Position numbers and translations under genes: made by a program. Positions 24,624 through 34,439 of a DNA stretch of 64,000 bases are shown piece by piece (position 1 is the first letter of the stretch; each line of letters starts with the position of its first letter). The notes beneath the pieces are model-generated. The model was not told the origin of the DNA and did not search any database. It saw nothing but the letters and a program-made list of their open reading frames with translations. Origin of the DNA: a virus; IMG/VR virus record IMGVR_UViG_3300024339_000005. One strand, written 5' to 3'.

Positions 24624-24985
24624 TCTTTTTTTGGTTCTTTTTTCTTATCGTACAGGAATTTTTCGTAGTAGATAATAATACTTTTTTGCTCTCGTAGGTA
24701 GCGTTGTAGCTCTTTGAGGTTCAGGGACATATTCTCATATCCCTTCGGCGTGAATGCCATTACAACAAATTCACCCTGGTGTTTTTTGACCAAAGCAATT
24801 ACGTCTTGTAGGTTTTCCTCGTTGACCACATAGAATTCCACATGGTTCATGGATACTGGTCTTGGTGAGCCAGCTTTGGCTATCGTCGCGTTTTTTGTGG
24901 TAACGTCAAGTTCCAGAACCTTTGTGGCCCATGAACAACTGGCCAACGCCAATGAGAGACTAATTAGAAGGAACAGCGGTTTCAT
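24620..24985 (-). CDS. putative o-spanin lipoprotein
   Basis: Lipobox LASC; YENMSLN...IIIYY; overlaps the i-spanin. Confidence 0.75.
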   Translation of the reverse strand: MKPLFLLISLSLALASCSWATKVLELDVTTKNATIAKAGSPRPVSMNHVEFYVVNEENLQDVIALVKKHQGEFVVMAFTPKGYENMSLNLKELQRYLREQKSIIIYYEKFLYDKKKEPKKD

Positions 24986-25337
24986 TTTCCAACTCCTTAA
25001 ATATTTTCATTGTGCCTGCGTTGATAATCTTTTTGATGCGCTCAGGCTTTTTAAGGGCTAGATTTGTTAGGTCATGATTGCGGTAGAGTTTGCGGAGACC
25101 AGCAACTTCTTCATCGGCTTTGATCATTTCCTTGTTCAATGCGGCAATCAAAACTTCCTGCTTCGCTTGCGCCTCGGCCATAGCCTTGATTTCACTCTTG
25201 GCTAGTTTAGTCGCAACTTCGGCCTTCGCCACGTTGCCCTGCAAGATCCCTATCGTTTTTTGGGAGTCTTTATAGTAAAGGCCGCCTATACCAGCCATCA
25301 TTGCTATAATAATGGCCATGATTAAATATCCTTGCAT
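24960..25337 (-). CDS. putative i-spanin
   Basis: N-terminal TM, coiled coil, ALKKP...IINAGT. Confidence 0.7.
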   Translation of the reverse strand: MQGYLIMAIIIAMMAGIGGLYYKDSQKTIGILQGNVAKAEVATKLAKSEIKAMAEAQAKQEVLIAALNKEMIKADEEVAGLRKLYRNHDLTNLALKKPERIKKIINAGTMKIFKELENETAVPSN

Positions 25338-25340
25338 TAT

Positions 25341-25880
25341 TCAAAATCCTAATTCTTTCAATGCGTCAAGAGTTTTCTTGGCACTGGTATGTAGGATTCC
25401 GATACCACCGGCTGCTTCCCATTCCTTGATATTCTTGTTGAAATCATCAATGAGAATATTGGGTGTACCGTTAGTGACAGCAAACTTGATTTTGTCTTTA
25501 CGTCTGACAATGTTGATTTTGCCAGAGACGGTTCCTATCTTGCTCAAGAACCATTTTTTCTTTTGCGCTTCCGCAGTGGGGTCACCATCAGGGGCTGCGC
25601 TCAAAACATTCAAGCGATACTTTTTGACGTACTTATATACGCGAACGCCGTCGGCTAAGACGGGTAGGGTTAACCAAAAATCAGGAGTAGCGAGAATGAT
25701 TTTCCATTCGTCGTTGGTGATTTTGTTGTTGTCAAGACGACCGCCGAATTTGCGGTCCATTGCTCTTGCAGCGCCATGGTTAAAATCAGCCACAACGCCA
25801 TCCATATCCAAAAATATTTCAGGCATTGAGCCGCGGTCAGACGCTTCCGACAATATTGCTTGTTCTATAAATCGTTTCAT
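25341..25880 (-). CDS. HAD 5'(3')-deoxyribonucleotidase-like protein
   Basis: FLDMDGVVADF; ILIDD...WEAAGGIGI. Confidence 0.85.
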   Translation of the reverse strand: MKRFIEQAILSEASDRGSMPEIFLDMDGVVADFNHGAARAMDRKFGGRLDNNKITNDEWKIILATPDFWLTLPVLADGVRVYKYVKKYRLNVLSAAPDGDPTAEAQKKKWFLSKIGTVSGKINIVRRKDKIKFAVTNGTPNILIDDFNKNIKEWEAAGGIGILHTSAKKTLDALKELGF

Positions 25881-26084
25881 CTATTTCCTTAATTCATCCA
25901 GGCGTGGGAACCACAACAACAACATTTCAATATCATTATCCGATGATATTGGTATCAGTCGACCAGACGATAATTCTACAACATATGGAATCTGGCTATA
26001 TGCTGAACCCGAGTCATAGCCTCGACCTACAGAAGCAATCTGGTCCATATTTATTATTACGGCACTTGTTTGCATTATGTTCAT
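25881..26084 (-). CDS. hypothetical protein
   Basis: ORF abuts the next gene. Confidence 0.5.
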   Translation of the reverse strand: MNIMQTSAVIINMDQIASVGRGYDSGSAYSQIPYVVELSSGRLIPISSDNDIEMLLLWFPRLDELRK

Positions 26085-26291
26085 ATCAATAATCCGAATT
26101 CAAATCTATCATGCCCAACAGAGAATCTTCTGACGTTTCAGGATCATAATCCCAATCGTTCTTTTCGTCAATACCGTTGAATTCTGGTGTGTAAGCACCG
26201 TCTTTACGGTTGTAACGCTGTGAACGTGTTTTTGCGTTTACATCATGGGAACCGTCGGTCCAACCTTTTTTTCTTCAATCGCACTACCATT

Positions 26292-26352
26292 TCTCTCCCC
26301 TTGGTTTCTGATCTTACTATCTGATCATGCACCATTTTCGACCAAATGTCAA
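26292..26352 (-). promoter_or_regulatory. conserved early promoter repeat
   Basis: TTGACA-17-CATGAT(C). Confidence 0.9.
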
Positions 26353-26356
26353 GCGT

Positions 26357-27898
26357 TTATTGCCATTTTTCTGACATTTTTTTGAGAGAGGTTTCCAAAC
26401 GAGTTTCGGTATAGATATCTTTATAGGTTGTGCCCGGGAAGGCTTTCACAAGTGCCAGTAATTTTCTGACTGGTACATTGACGCGAATAACCGGAATCTT
26501 TTTCTTGGGTTTCGTGTTGATAACGGAAAGCCATCTGTGGTGACCGTCAATGATATAGCCGTCAGACGACATAATCAGAGGCTTTTGTTCCAACGACAAA
26601 CCCTTACCAATACTCTTGGTCACGCCCTGATCGGAAAATTCCTTTTGAATAGGCTTCAGTTCATGGGCGGCTACCATCTTGTTAGACAATTTCGCCCCTG
26701 CTTTTTGCAAGAATATGAACAATTCAGGGTAATCTTTTGAGGCTACTTGAGGCATATACTCACGGCGGATGCCTAGGGTATCTTTCGCTTGGGGCTTCTG
26801 AACCCGCAATTCCTCAAGGTCTTGCTCGACGGTGAATTTCTTCTGGTCTTTACCAATACGGAAATTCTTCTTACGCATGACCGTCTTCATGGTCATATCA
26901 AGCCAGCCCTTGTCGCGGTCTAGTTTGAGAACAAACGGTGAATTGATATCGGTATTCAGAGAATTGATAATATGCTCCGCCTTGTCACCAAGCATACGGA
27001 TTTTACCAGCATGTTTCTTGGCCACTTTACCGAACAACATCTTTAGTTCATCGGCTGTAATCTGTTTCTTGTTGCGGGCGTCGTTCACACGGTCCAAAAA
27101 GTGGCGGGTGAATTCAACATCAATTTTCATCTTAGCGAAAGCCATGTCTGCGAACTTTTCAACGTCATCTAGGTCTGCCTTGGTCAGCTTACGAGCGCCA
27201 TCGGCTTCCTCTTTGACAAAGGACTTGAACCCACGGCGTAGTACCACACCGTCTTTTTTCTTTTTCTTTTTGACGGGTGGATCTTCTCCGGGTGCAGTAC
27301 CAGCGACGTTACCACCACCAACTGCGTTGGCGATTTCTTCTTTCAAATTGTCGATATGGGCTTTGGCTTCTTTTTTCGTGCGGAACCGTTCTTTGCCACT
27401 ATTACTGGTTCTTGATGAAATCCAATAAGATGCTCTGCCACCACCTTCGCCACGGCGCATACCACCAGTGTCGGTACTGATTATTACACCCTTGTATTTT
27501 TCAGAGGCTTCATTGACCAGAATTTCTTCGGTCAGTTCTTGTAGTGATTCGGGGTTGTTCTCAAATTCGTCTATAGCACCCTCAAAAGCCTCGGCGAGTA
27601 GACCACCTTGATAACTTGGATTCTGGTGTTCGCGGATAAGCAATAGTGCGGCTGCATAGGTCGCAATGCGAGTTTTACCAAAGGGTACCTTTTCGATCAA
27701 TTTCTTGAGATTGAAAACCATCTTATCGAAAATTCGATATGAGTCTTTTTCTTCTTTGGTTGAGATTTTCTTGTCTGTACGCTTACCGCGCTCGTCAATG
27801 ATACCCTGCTTATATGCATCGGTTTCATCAAATGGCTGTACCAGTCGCTTCAGAAACTGGTAGACCAGAAAAATGTCTAATACTGCTCCGGCCATCAA
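26357..27898 (-). CDS. multidomain late protein with C-terminal ParB/Srx-like domain
   Basis: DAYKQGIIDERG N-domain; EFTRHFLDRVND; YIIDGHHRW; LxE linkers. Confidence 0.75.
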   Translation of the reverse strand: MMAGAVLDIFLVYQFLKRLVQPFDETDAYKQGIIDERGKRTDKKISTKEEKDSYRIFDKMVFNLKKLIEKVPFGKTRIATYAAALLLIREHQNPSYQGGLLAEAFEGAIDEFENNPESLQELTEEILVNEASEKYKGVIISTDTGGMRRGEGGGRASYWISSRTSNSGKERFRTKKEAKAHIDNLKEEIANAVGGGNVAGTAPGEDPPVKKKKKKDGVVLRRGFKSFVKEEADGARKLTKADLDDVEKFADMAFAKMKIDVEFTRHFLDRVNDARNKKQITADELKMLFGKVAKKHAGKIRMLGDKAEHIINSLNTDINSPFVLKLDRDKGWLDMTMKTVMRKKNFRIGKDQKKFTVEQDLEELRVQKPQAKDTLGIRREYMPQVASKDYPELFIFLQKAGAKLSNKMVAAHELKPIQKEFSDQGVTKSIGKGLSLEQKPLIMSSDGYIIDGHHRWLSVINTKPKKKIPVIRVNVPVRKLLALVKAFPGTTYKDIYTETRLETSLKKMSEKWQ

Positions 27899-28245
27899 AT
27901 TTTCCTTAAAGCATCAATGATTTTGGTATCCATTGGTGTTGTGTCGTTTGCGTCGTTCCAATAATTCAGGTAGAATAGAAACGTCTTCAGATAACTATCG
28001 TATTCTGATAACTTGAGTTTGAGCATTTCTGTCAGACTCTCGCTTTCAAAAACATTATACAAGACAACGAGGTGGTTAAGTATAAGTCTTTCCCTTAACT
28101 CACCGTCGTTGCTGTATTTCTTGAATAGCCGCTTGATATACTTGATCTTTTTCAAGTCATCGTGAAACTCATCTACACTCTCACAGTAATCGTTGGTGTA
28201 GTTTCTTGCGGCAAATAATAAAAAGTTGTTCGCTGTCAAATCCAT
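27895..28245 (-). CDS. conserved T4-like hypothetical protein
   Basis: EFHDDLKKIKYIKRL...ERLILNH. Confidence 0.8.
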   Translation of the reverse strand: MDLTANNFLLFAARNYTNDYCESVDEFHDDLKKIKYIKRLFKKYSNDGELRERLILNHLVVLYNVFESESLTEMLKLKLSEYDSYLKTFLFYLNYWNDANDTTPMDTKIIDALRKI

Positions 28246-28251
28246 GATATA

Positions 28252-28572
28252 TTAAAAACTCGTCAAAGTGATCCTTTTCCAGGTATCGGTTGCGGTACAA
28301 ACGTAGACATAACTGGTATCCCATTGGACACTGCCTGCAACACCAACCGCAGTAGAATTGGCTGGGGTTGCTGTTGTTAAAATCTGAAGGTTCGCACCTG
28401 CGACCGCCACACTTCCACTAAACACGGTGTTTGCTGGGACCGCTGCGAAGATCTCGTTGATGGTGATTTTCTTGTTCGTTGGTGTACCACTAGGGTCATC
28501 AACAAAACCAAGAACGTCTTCACCAGCAATCGAGGACGCCGCAGTAAGGTCTGTTATTTTTTGGTCAGCCAT
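28252..28572 (-). CDS. virion structural protein
   Basis: MADQKITDL; WDTSYVYVCTATDTWKR. Confidence 0.7.
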   Translation of the reverse strand: MADQKITDLTAASSIAGEDVLGFVDDPSGTPTNKKITINEIFAAVPANTVFSGSVAVAGANLQILTTATPANSTAVGVAGSVQWDTSYVYVCTATDTWKRITLTSF

Positions 28573-28581
28573 GATTTACCC

Positions 28582-29196
28582 TTATGTGTTAGAGTACATA
28601 ACGCCGAGAACAGAGTTAGCACCAGCCAGTGCGGCAGGAATAGTCAAGTCAGAGTTGGCTGTAAATGTCAACTTGTCCTTGATAGTACCACCAGCAAGCA
28701 CAACAGGATTTTCACCGATTGTATAGAATGCTTGGTTAGCATCCATAGTACCAGAGAATGTCAGTCGGTTAGTACCGTTACCAGACGCATAAGTGTATGT
28801 AACACTAATCGGTGACGTGTTGGCTGAAGTTGCTGTGGCGGCAATAGCAAGTGTTGGGTTGCCAGTAACATAAACTTCTTCGTTATACGTCACGATAAGG
28901 TTAGATGTTCCACCAGCTGCGACTTGCAAACCAGTGAATCGAACATCAACGATGGTCGCAGCGGCAAGGCCTTCTGTACCAGCGTCTGTAATGTTTTCAG
29001 CACCAGCAAGACGGTTGATAGCAACCAAAACTTCGTTTTTCTCACGGGCTTTTGAGTGCATATCGGTGTAAGTACGGCGATGTACCCAACCTTCGTTGGT
29101 TGCGATCACGTTTAGTGTATTAACGTGTGGGTCACCCGCTACAAATAGAGGCTTGGCTCCATCGGTGTCGGTGTCTCTATTTTTCCACAAGGGCAT
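28582..29196 (-). CDS. virion structural protein (Ig-like)
   Basis: MPLW...GWV...EVLVA; TYASGNGTNRLTF; late promoter. Confidence 0.7.
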   Translation of the reverse strand: MPLWKNRDTDTDGAKPLFVAGDPHVNTLNVIATNEGWVHRRTYTDMHSKAREKNEVLVAINRLAGAENITDAGTEGLAAATIVDVRFTGLQVAAGGTSNLIVTYNEEVYVTGNPTLAIAATATSANTSPISVTYTYASGNGTNRLTFSGTMDANQAFYTIGENPVVLAGGTIKDKLTFTANSDLTIPAALAGANSVLGVMYSNT

Positions 29197-29226
29197 AGTG
29201 TTCTCCTTTAGATATATCCATATCTC

Positions 29227-29234
29227 TATTTATA
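29227..29234 (-). promoter_or_regulatory. T4-type late promoter
   Basis: TATAAATA. Confidence 0.75.
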
Positions 29235-29484
29235 ATTTCTGTTGATTGTCATATGCTTCTTTTTGCAACGGCGACAGCGAATATCGTGGTTTGTACCCCA
29301 TATCAACTAACTCTAAGCTGGTTGGGGCTTGAACTTCGACCCTACCTCGTACCATATTACAGGTATTTTGACAGGGTTGGAAGTTCACTATTTCACTGGG
29401 CTTTACGACATATCCTAACTTATTGGCATTCTTCAAAAAACTGTACCACAAACGCTCCAACTTATCTGGGTTGGGTGCTGGCAT
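29230..29484 (-). CDS. hypothetical protein
   Basis: AGGAG RBS. Confidence 0.6.
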   Translation of the reverse strand: MPAPNPDKLERLWYSFLKNANKLGYVVKPSEIVNFQPCQNTCNMVRGRVEVQAPTSLELVDMGYKPRYSLSPLQKEAYDNQQKL

Positions 29485-29496
29485 TACGTTCTCCTG

Positions 29497-31896
29497 TTAT
29501 CGTTTCGACATAACCTCGCGGATTGAAGATTCAAGCGACTTCTTTTTCGGCTTGGTTTCTTCACGAATCACGGTTTCATTTTCATGGTCATTGTGTTCGA
29601 TATACATGTTCAATTCATATTTACCACTTGGCATACCGAAGACTTGCATAGACAAGGCTTTTTTGGTTGGCTTGCCTGCTTTGCTTACTGGAATGCGAAT
29701 GGAATTTGTCTTACCTTCGCTTGGCTTCTTAGGTCCGGTGGAAACTTTATGCCACCAATCATCTTCACTGACCTCAAACCCTTGCTTTTCAGCATGTTCG
29801 CGACCGTGTTGAACAGCCGAAGAATATGAATTATGATAGATTTGATAATTCTGCTTTCTTTCGGTAACCATTTCTGTTTCTTCTGTGGTTTCAACTTCGG
29901 TGTTGCAAGAGCATTTGCAATCGGCTGGGCACTTGCATTCACCAACAACGTGACCACATGAACAGGTATCTTCTGACCCCTCGTCATTTTCTTTGAGACC
30001 ACGCTTTTTCATTTCGTCGCGGAGTTGCTTGGTTCTACCAGCAAGAATTTTATTACCCTTGTTCTTAGGGTTCATTGCAAGGCTTTTGGCAGTTGCCATA
30101 AGACTTCTAAGGGTATCGTCTGTTTGGTCAGGAACCTTGTTGCCTTCATCAAGCACAATTCCCTCAAGGTCAACTTCTTCTTTCATCTTCTTACTTTTGA
30201 TGGTCTTCGCGGCTTTTGTTTTGCCCTTCTTACGATCTTTCATGGCTTTAGCAATCTTACTTACAGCAAAAGCTGTGCCTACTGTGAGGAGAGGTACGGC
30301 GGCGCCAAGTGCCGCGTGCATTGCGCCTTCTTCAATAACCGAATGGAACATCACCCGACGGGTTGTCGTTTCGTATTTTTTGATGATTTTCTGTTCGGCT
30401 TCTCTTTTAGTTTTTGCTGTGACCTTTTCTTTTTTCTCTGTAGGATCAACAGAACCCAATTCAACATGAATTTTGAATTTTGCTTCAAAGATGATTTCAC
30501 CCTCGAGGTCAGTTTCTTCAGCCTGGACATAGCCTTGCTTTTCCAACTTTTTCCATTCGGAGGCTTTCACACGCTGTACCTTTTGAGTACCACGCTTGAC
30601 GACAAGAATGGTATCCTTATCATCTTTGACTGGCTCTTGCTTGGTGCGCTCTGTAATTGTAATAGCCTCAAGGAAAATATCCATTTCTTCTGGCGTCAAG
30701 TCAACTTCCTCTTGAACAGCCTTCTGCAAAGCGGAATGGGAAGCCCAGATTTTCTTCATAAACGCTTCTTTACGATCTGCGCCTCGGAGAGAGTTGAACA
30801 TATCCATTGCTTGTTGTGCTAGTGCAGAATTCACTTTGACTTTCTTACCGTCACGGAATTTAACAGGCTTCTGGACGTTGCGGAGTGAAACAGCCTTGCG
30901 GAGTTGCATGATGATATTGTCTTCTTTACCATCAATGGCTTCTTCTGAATCATTGTCCTGGTCAGCCTTATCACGCTTCGATAGCATACCAGATGCTTTC
31001 ATGCCACGGCGGGCGTCACGGAAAGCACGACTAGCAGAATCTTCTGTCATTTCGTCGGCGGGTGTTTCTGTTGTTTTCATGGAATGAACGTCCTGTTTTC
31101 CAAGGCCTTCTTTGCGACGGACCTTATAGTGTGCTTCTTTTTCTGTGCGGGCTGTGACTTTATGTGTACCACGGGTGCCCAATGTGCCCATCATATCTAT
31201 GTCATACTGTGTGGCTTCACCCAATTCTTTTCTTTTATCCTTGGCGAATTTCTTTGCTTCTTTTTCGTCATTGAATGATTTTACATGGGCTGACCTAGGT
31301 GTGTCTGCGGGCCATGTAACATTCCATTTGTTTATCAGGCGGGCTTTACTTATTTTTACAGCACCCTCATTGATACTTTCACCAAGACCAGCAGACCCTG
31401 CGTCGTCACGGTGTCTAGGCTCAGAGCGATTGACCGCTTGTGTCTGTACGGCTAAGTTCTTTGAGTCGTTGTTCTCTGGGTTGTTGTCTTTGTGGTGAAC
31501 ATCCATTTTGTCACCGCGCTTGACTTTACCAAGTTTCTCCATAGCATAGCGGGCGCGCTTTCTTGCACGGTTCTTGGCCATTTGTTCTGGCGTACCATGA
31601 TAGTTCTTGCGCTCAAGGGCATAGTTGCGTTCGTCAAGAGTTTCTTCTTCTAACTTTGGGTTCAGTTCGATAGGCTCTTTTTTAGCCTTCTTTTTCTTAT
31701 CGCCCTTGTCGCCTTCGATCTCTGGATTTTGGGTGTCAACAGAGGTGTCGTCGTCGGTAGTCTTCTTTTTACCAACAGGGGCTTTCGCACCTTCTTTTTC
31801 GCTGTTGACGCCCTCAGCCAGTTCCCAACCCTTTTTGAGCCAGATACTTGCAAGGGTTACTTCCTTGACGATACCATTCTTGGTGACTTTAATCAT
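29497..31896 (-). CDS. large modular internal head protein (HNH-like and Cys-rich modules)
   Basis: Many hydrophobic-x-E sites; DVHHKDNNPENN...NL...NRS; CSCGH...CKCPADCKCSC. Confidence 0.65.
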   Translation of the reverse strand: MIKVTKNGIVKEVTLASIWLKKGWELAEGVNSEKEGAKAPVGKKKTTDDDTSVDTQNPEIEGDKGDKKKKAKKEPIELNPKLEEETLDERNYALERKNYHGTPEQMAKNRARKRARYAMEKLGKVKRGDKMDVHHKDNNPENNDSKNLAVQTQAVNRSEPRHRDDAGSAGLGESINEGAVKISKARLINKWNVTWPADTPRSAHVKSFNDEKEAKKFAKDKRKELGEATQYDIDMMGTLGTRGTHKVTARTEKEAHYKVRRKEGLGKQDVHSMKTTETPADEMTEDSASRAFRDARRGMKASGMLSKRDKADQDNDSEEAIDGKEDNIIMQLRKAVSLRNVQKPVKFRDGKKVKVNSALAQQAMDMFNSLRGADRKEAFMKKIWASHSALQKAVQEEVDLTPEEMDIFLEAITITERTKQEPVKDDKDTILVVKRGTQKVQRVKASEWKKLEKQGYVQAEETDLEGEIIFEAKFKIHVELGSVDPTEKKEKVTAKTKREAEQKIIKKYETTTRRVMFHSVIEEGAMHAALGAAVPLLTVGTAFAVSKIAKAMKDRKKGKTKAAKTIKSKKMKEEVDLEGIVLDEGNKVPDQTDDTLRSLMATAKSLAMNPKNKGNKILAGRTKQLRDEMKKRGLKENDEGSEDTCSCGHVVGECKCPADCKCSCNTEVETTEETEMVTERKQNYQIYHNSYSSAVQHGREHAEKQGFEVSEDDWWHKVSTGPKKPSEGKTNSIRIPVSKAGKPTKKALSMQVFGMPSGKYELNMYIEHNDHENETVIREETKPKKKSLESSIREVMSKR

Positions 31897-32107
31897 CTTT
31901 AGTTCCTAGTGCGGTTTGGACTTCCATAGGCGTTGCATGTAACGCTTCTAAGGCTTTCAAACCCTGGATGCGTTCCGTTGTGCCTGCATTCATAGCAGCC
32001 CCGATTTCATTCATATCAGCTTCACGTTTTACCATGCCTTTTTGTACCACGTCGCGTACTGCGTTTACAAGTGGGTCGTTTTTGTTGTTGTGCCATGGGT
32101 TAGTCAT
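31889..32107 (-). CDS. hypothetical protein
   Basis: Coupled ORF. Confidence 0.55.
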   Translation of the reverse strand: MTNPWHNNKNDPLVNAVRDVVQKGMVKREADMNEIGAAMNAGTTERIQGLKALEALHATPMEVQTALGTKDD

Positions 32108-32295
32108 TATGTAGTTCCTTTGAAAAATTTCGCTTGTTTTGTGTCTAGTAGTCCCTTAGGTAGATTGCCTTCTTTGTCTTGTTGGTGAAGCCACTCTAAA
32201 AATTCCTTTGGTCCAAGGTTCGTCGCCTTTGCAGCCATTGCCGCTTGGGCGCCGATAGTTTTCGTTGTACTGGTTTTCCGAATCTTGATGAACAT
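32107..32295 (-). CDS. hypothetical protein
   Basis: Coupled ORF. Confidence 0.5.
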   Translation of the reverse strand: MFIKIRKTSTTKTIGAQAAMAAKATNLGPKEFLEWLHQQDKEGNLPKGLLDTKQAKFFKGTT

Positions 32296-32327
32296 TTCAA
32301 GTGATTTCTGAAAACTAGACGGATAGT

Positions 32328-33077
32328 TTATTTTTTTTTTAAACCTTTGATAGTCTGCATAAGATTGAAGCCCTCGGTCTGGTTCAAATATGTGTCAACA
32401 GGCTCAGGTTTGTCAGCCGAATACATATGCTCCATAGAAGCGTGTGGTGTATCCTTGAGGTATTTATCACGCAACTTTTTAGTGCCGAATTCTCCTGCGC
32501 CACCTTCTTCAACCAAATCTATGTCTTCTTGTAATGCTGCCCCACCGGCTAGAAAAGAATTCACTCTTGCGAAGGCATATTGCTCGGCTGTCAAGTGATC
32601 GATTTCCAATTCATGGTGCTTGTCTAGACCACGGCTGAAAACTTGCTCCAGGATCTCAAACGAGATATCCCACTTAGCCGACTTGGCTTCAAGTGCTTCG
32701 TTGGTCTTCTTCTTATGGCGGGATTGGATAAGTTCACGGCGAACGATACGCTTGCCCTTCTTGGCTTCGCGGTCGATGCGTTTCTTAATGGCTGTGGATT
32801 TGCTGATACGGTTTGAAATGCGAACGCGGTCGGCTAATGACTGGTCTGCTTTCTTCTTACCACCAGATAGACGTTCAGCCGCTGCGTTTCTTGCATGACG
32901 TTTGGCCAGTTTCTCGGAACGAGCGGCTATGTTTCTTACGGGATTGCGGGCTGCTTTTTTAGCGCCACGTTTGATTTTTGCTTTATTGACGCCCTTGAAT
33001 CTACGGCGCATTTTCAGAAGGTCACCTACTTTTAAGGTACGGACTTCTTCAATTTCTGTTTCGTTATCGTCTGCCAT
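32328..33077 (-). CDS. basic late protein, probably head-associated
   Basis: K/R-rich; QYAFARVNSF; YLKDTP; late promoter. Confidence 0.7.
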   Translation of the reverse strand: MADDNETEIEEVRTLKVGDLLKMRRRFKGVNKAKIKRGAKKAARNPVRNIAARSEKLAKRHARNAAAERLSGGKKKADQSLADRVRISNRISKSTAIKKRIDREAKKGKRIVRRELIQSRHKKKTNEALEAKSAKWDISFEILEQVFSRGLDKHHELEIDHLTAEQYAFARVNSFLAGGAALQEDIDLVEEGGAGEFGTKKLRDKYLKDTPHASMEHMYSADKPEPVDTYLNQTEGFNLMQTIKGLKKK

Positions 33078-33146
33078 CGGTAATCCTCTTATATCATGGG
33101 TACGGTGGCATCAATATCGAACCGGTTTGGCGTACCCTAACGTGTT

Positions 33147-33851
33147 CTATCTCTTATTTATAAACAAAACGATCTTGCGGAGTAGCTTTTTTATGACCGT
33201 ATGCTTGGTATCGTAGCCAAAGGCTGCTAGATATGCGAACATATTCACGCTTTCGTTGGGCTTGATACTCTTGATATTGCGGAGTTTATTGAGTGCGCCG
33301 TCTTTTCCATAGAAAGAGACCAGTTCTCTTGATATGTTTAGGGCGAATGCTTCTATCTCGTCGTCGTTTCCAAGGTACTTCTGGGCTTTCATGACCTTAG
33401 GAATTTCACTGGAAAATTTGGTGAAGTCTTTTTGATGCTTGAATCCCCTTAACCGAAACTGGTTTTGGTGGAGTAGTTCATGCTGAAGGGCGGCAACCGT
33501 GGCGTTCATAAGGAATTCCCAGCCTTCTTTACCAATCGTCAATTTCTTGTCAGCGGCGCTAAACATGAATTCTAGTTCGATCGCGGTGTCGCCGTCCTCG
33601 TCGTCTGCCCATGAATAGAAGGCGTTTATGTTCATATCGCCTTGGTCCATGCCTTGTCCGAGTTGTACTGTGCGGAAGGTCGCCTCTATATCGAACTTCG
33701 TTTTGAGGGCTTTGCCCATCGCTTGCGCGATTTGTCTCGGTGAAAGTTCATTCCCAACAATAGCCTTACGTGCTTTCTGCACGGTAGAAACGATAGTGTT
33801 TCTTGGTACTGGTTTTGTGATACCCTCGGCTATGTCGGTGAATGTTTTCAT
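33147..33851 (-). CDS. HEXXH metalloprotein with capsid-targeting-like N-terminus
   Basis: MKTFTDIAEG; HELLHQNQ; YL...EIEAFA. Confidence 0.7.
   Translation of the reverse strand: MKTFTDIAEGITKPVPRNTIVSTVQKARKAIVGNELSPRQIAQAMGKALKTKFDIEATFRTVQLGQGMDQGDMNINAFYSWADDEDGDTAIELEFMFSAADKKLTIGKEGWEFLMNATVAALQHELLHQNQFRLRGFKHQKDFTKFSSEIPKVMKAQKYLGNDDEIEAFALNISRELVSFYGKDGALNKLRNIKSIKPNESVNMFAYLAAFGYDTKHTVIKKLLRKIVLFINKR
33155..33162 (-). promoter_or_regulatory. T4-type late promoter
   Basis: TATAAATA. Confidence 0.65.
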
Positions 33852-33991
33852 TTTTCTTTATTCCACAAGTCGAACAGGGTTTTTACCTTGTCCTTCAGTA
33901 TATCAATGTCGGTCTTCATTCTCGCTAGTACAATAACAACCATAACAAAGGCCGTAAGCTGAGGCCAATATTGTGTTACGATATTTTCCAT
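33848..33991 (-). CDS. small single-TM protein (47 aa)
   Basis: MENIVTQYWPQLTAFVMVVIVLARMK...; ATGA coupling. Confidence 0.6.
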   Translation of the reverse strand: MENIVTQYWPQLTAFVMVVIVLARMKTDIDILKDKVKTLFDLWNKEK

Positions 33992-34008
33992 TTATTTCTC
34001 TTTTTGTA

Positions 34009-34038
34009 TTGACAACTACTTGACAGCGTGTTATGATC
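34009..34038 (+). promoter_or_regulatory. antisense sigma70-type promoter
   Basis: TTGACA-17-TATGAT(C) on the plus strand. Confidence 0.75.
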
Positions 34039-34053
34039 GCTGTGTAGGGTTGT

Positions 34054-34266
34054 TCAATGACTTGTTAAGTGATTACGTATTTTGGTAGTGTAATCACCAA
34101 TTGCATGTGTTAAAGTTTTCGCTGTTTCTACATTGACCTTTCTGAAGCCCATTAGATACTCTTTCACAAAATCATCCCTAATGTACATGGCGAGAAAAAC
34201 ATCGGAGACTTTTTCATAGGCTGCCAAGCCTTGAAACATAGATGTTTTATATGCGAAACTATTCAT
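34054..34266 (-). CDS. hypothetical protein
   Basis: GGAGG RBS. Confidence 0.55.
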   Translation of the reverse strand: MNSFAYKTSMFQGLAAYEKVSDVFLAMYIRDDFVKEYLMGFRKVNVETAKTLTHAIGDYTTKIRNHLTSH

Positions 34267-34430
34267 GGTTTGAAACCTCCCGAGCCGTCAATATGACTGT
34301 TTACGCCAGACCGTTCGGTACCTTCAATAACACCATGACCGCCGCCGCCGATAAAGCCACGGGAGCCGTCAATCCATTGGTCAGCACCGAATAAGCCCCA
34401 GCCGTCAATAAAACCAAAATCTTTTTCCAT
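34263..34430 (-). CDS. Gly-rich 55-aa peptide with IDG repeats
   Basis: AGGAG RBS; ATTGACGGCT three times; ATGA coupling. Confidence 0.55.
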   Translation of the reverse strand: MEKDFGFIDGWGLFGADQWIDGSRGFIGGGGHGVIEGTERSGVNSHIDGSGGFKP

Positions 34431-34439
34431 AGTAATCTC

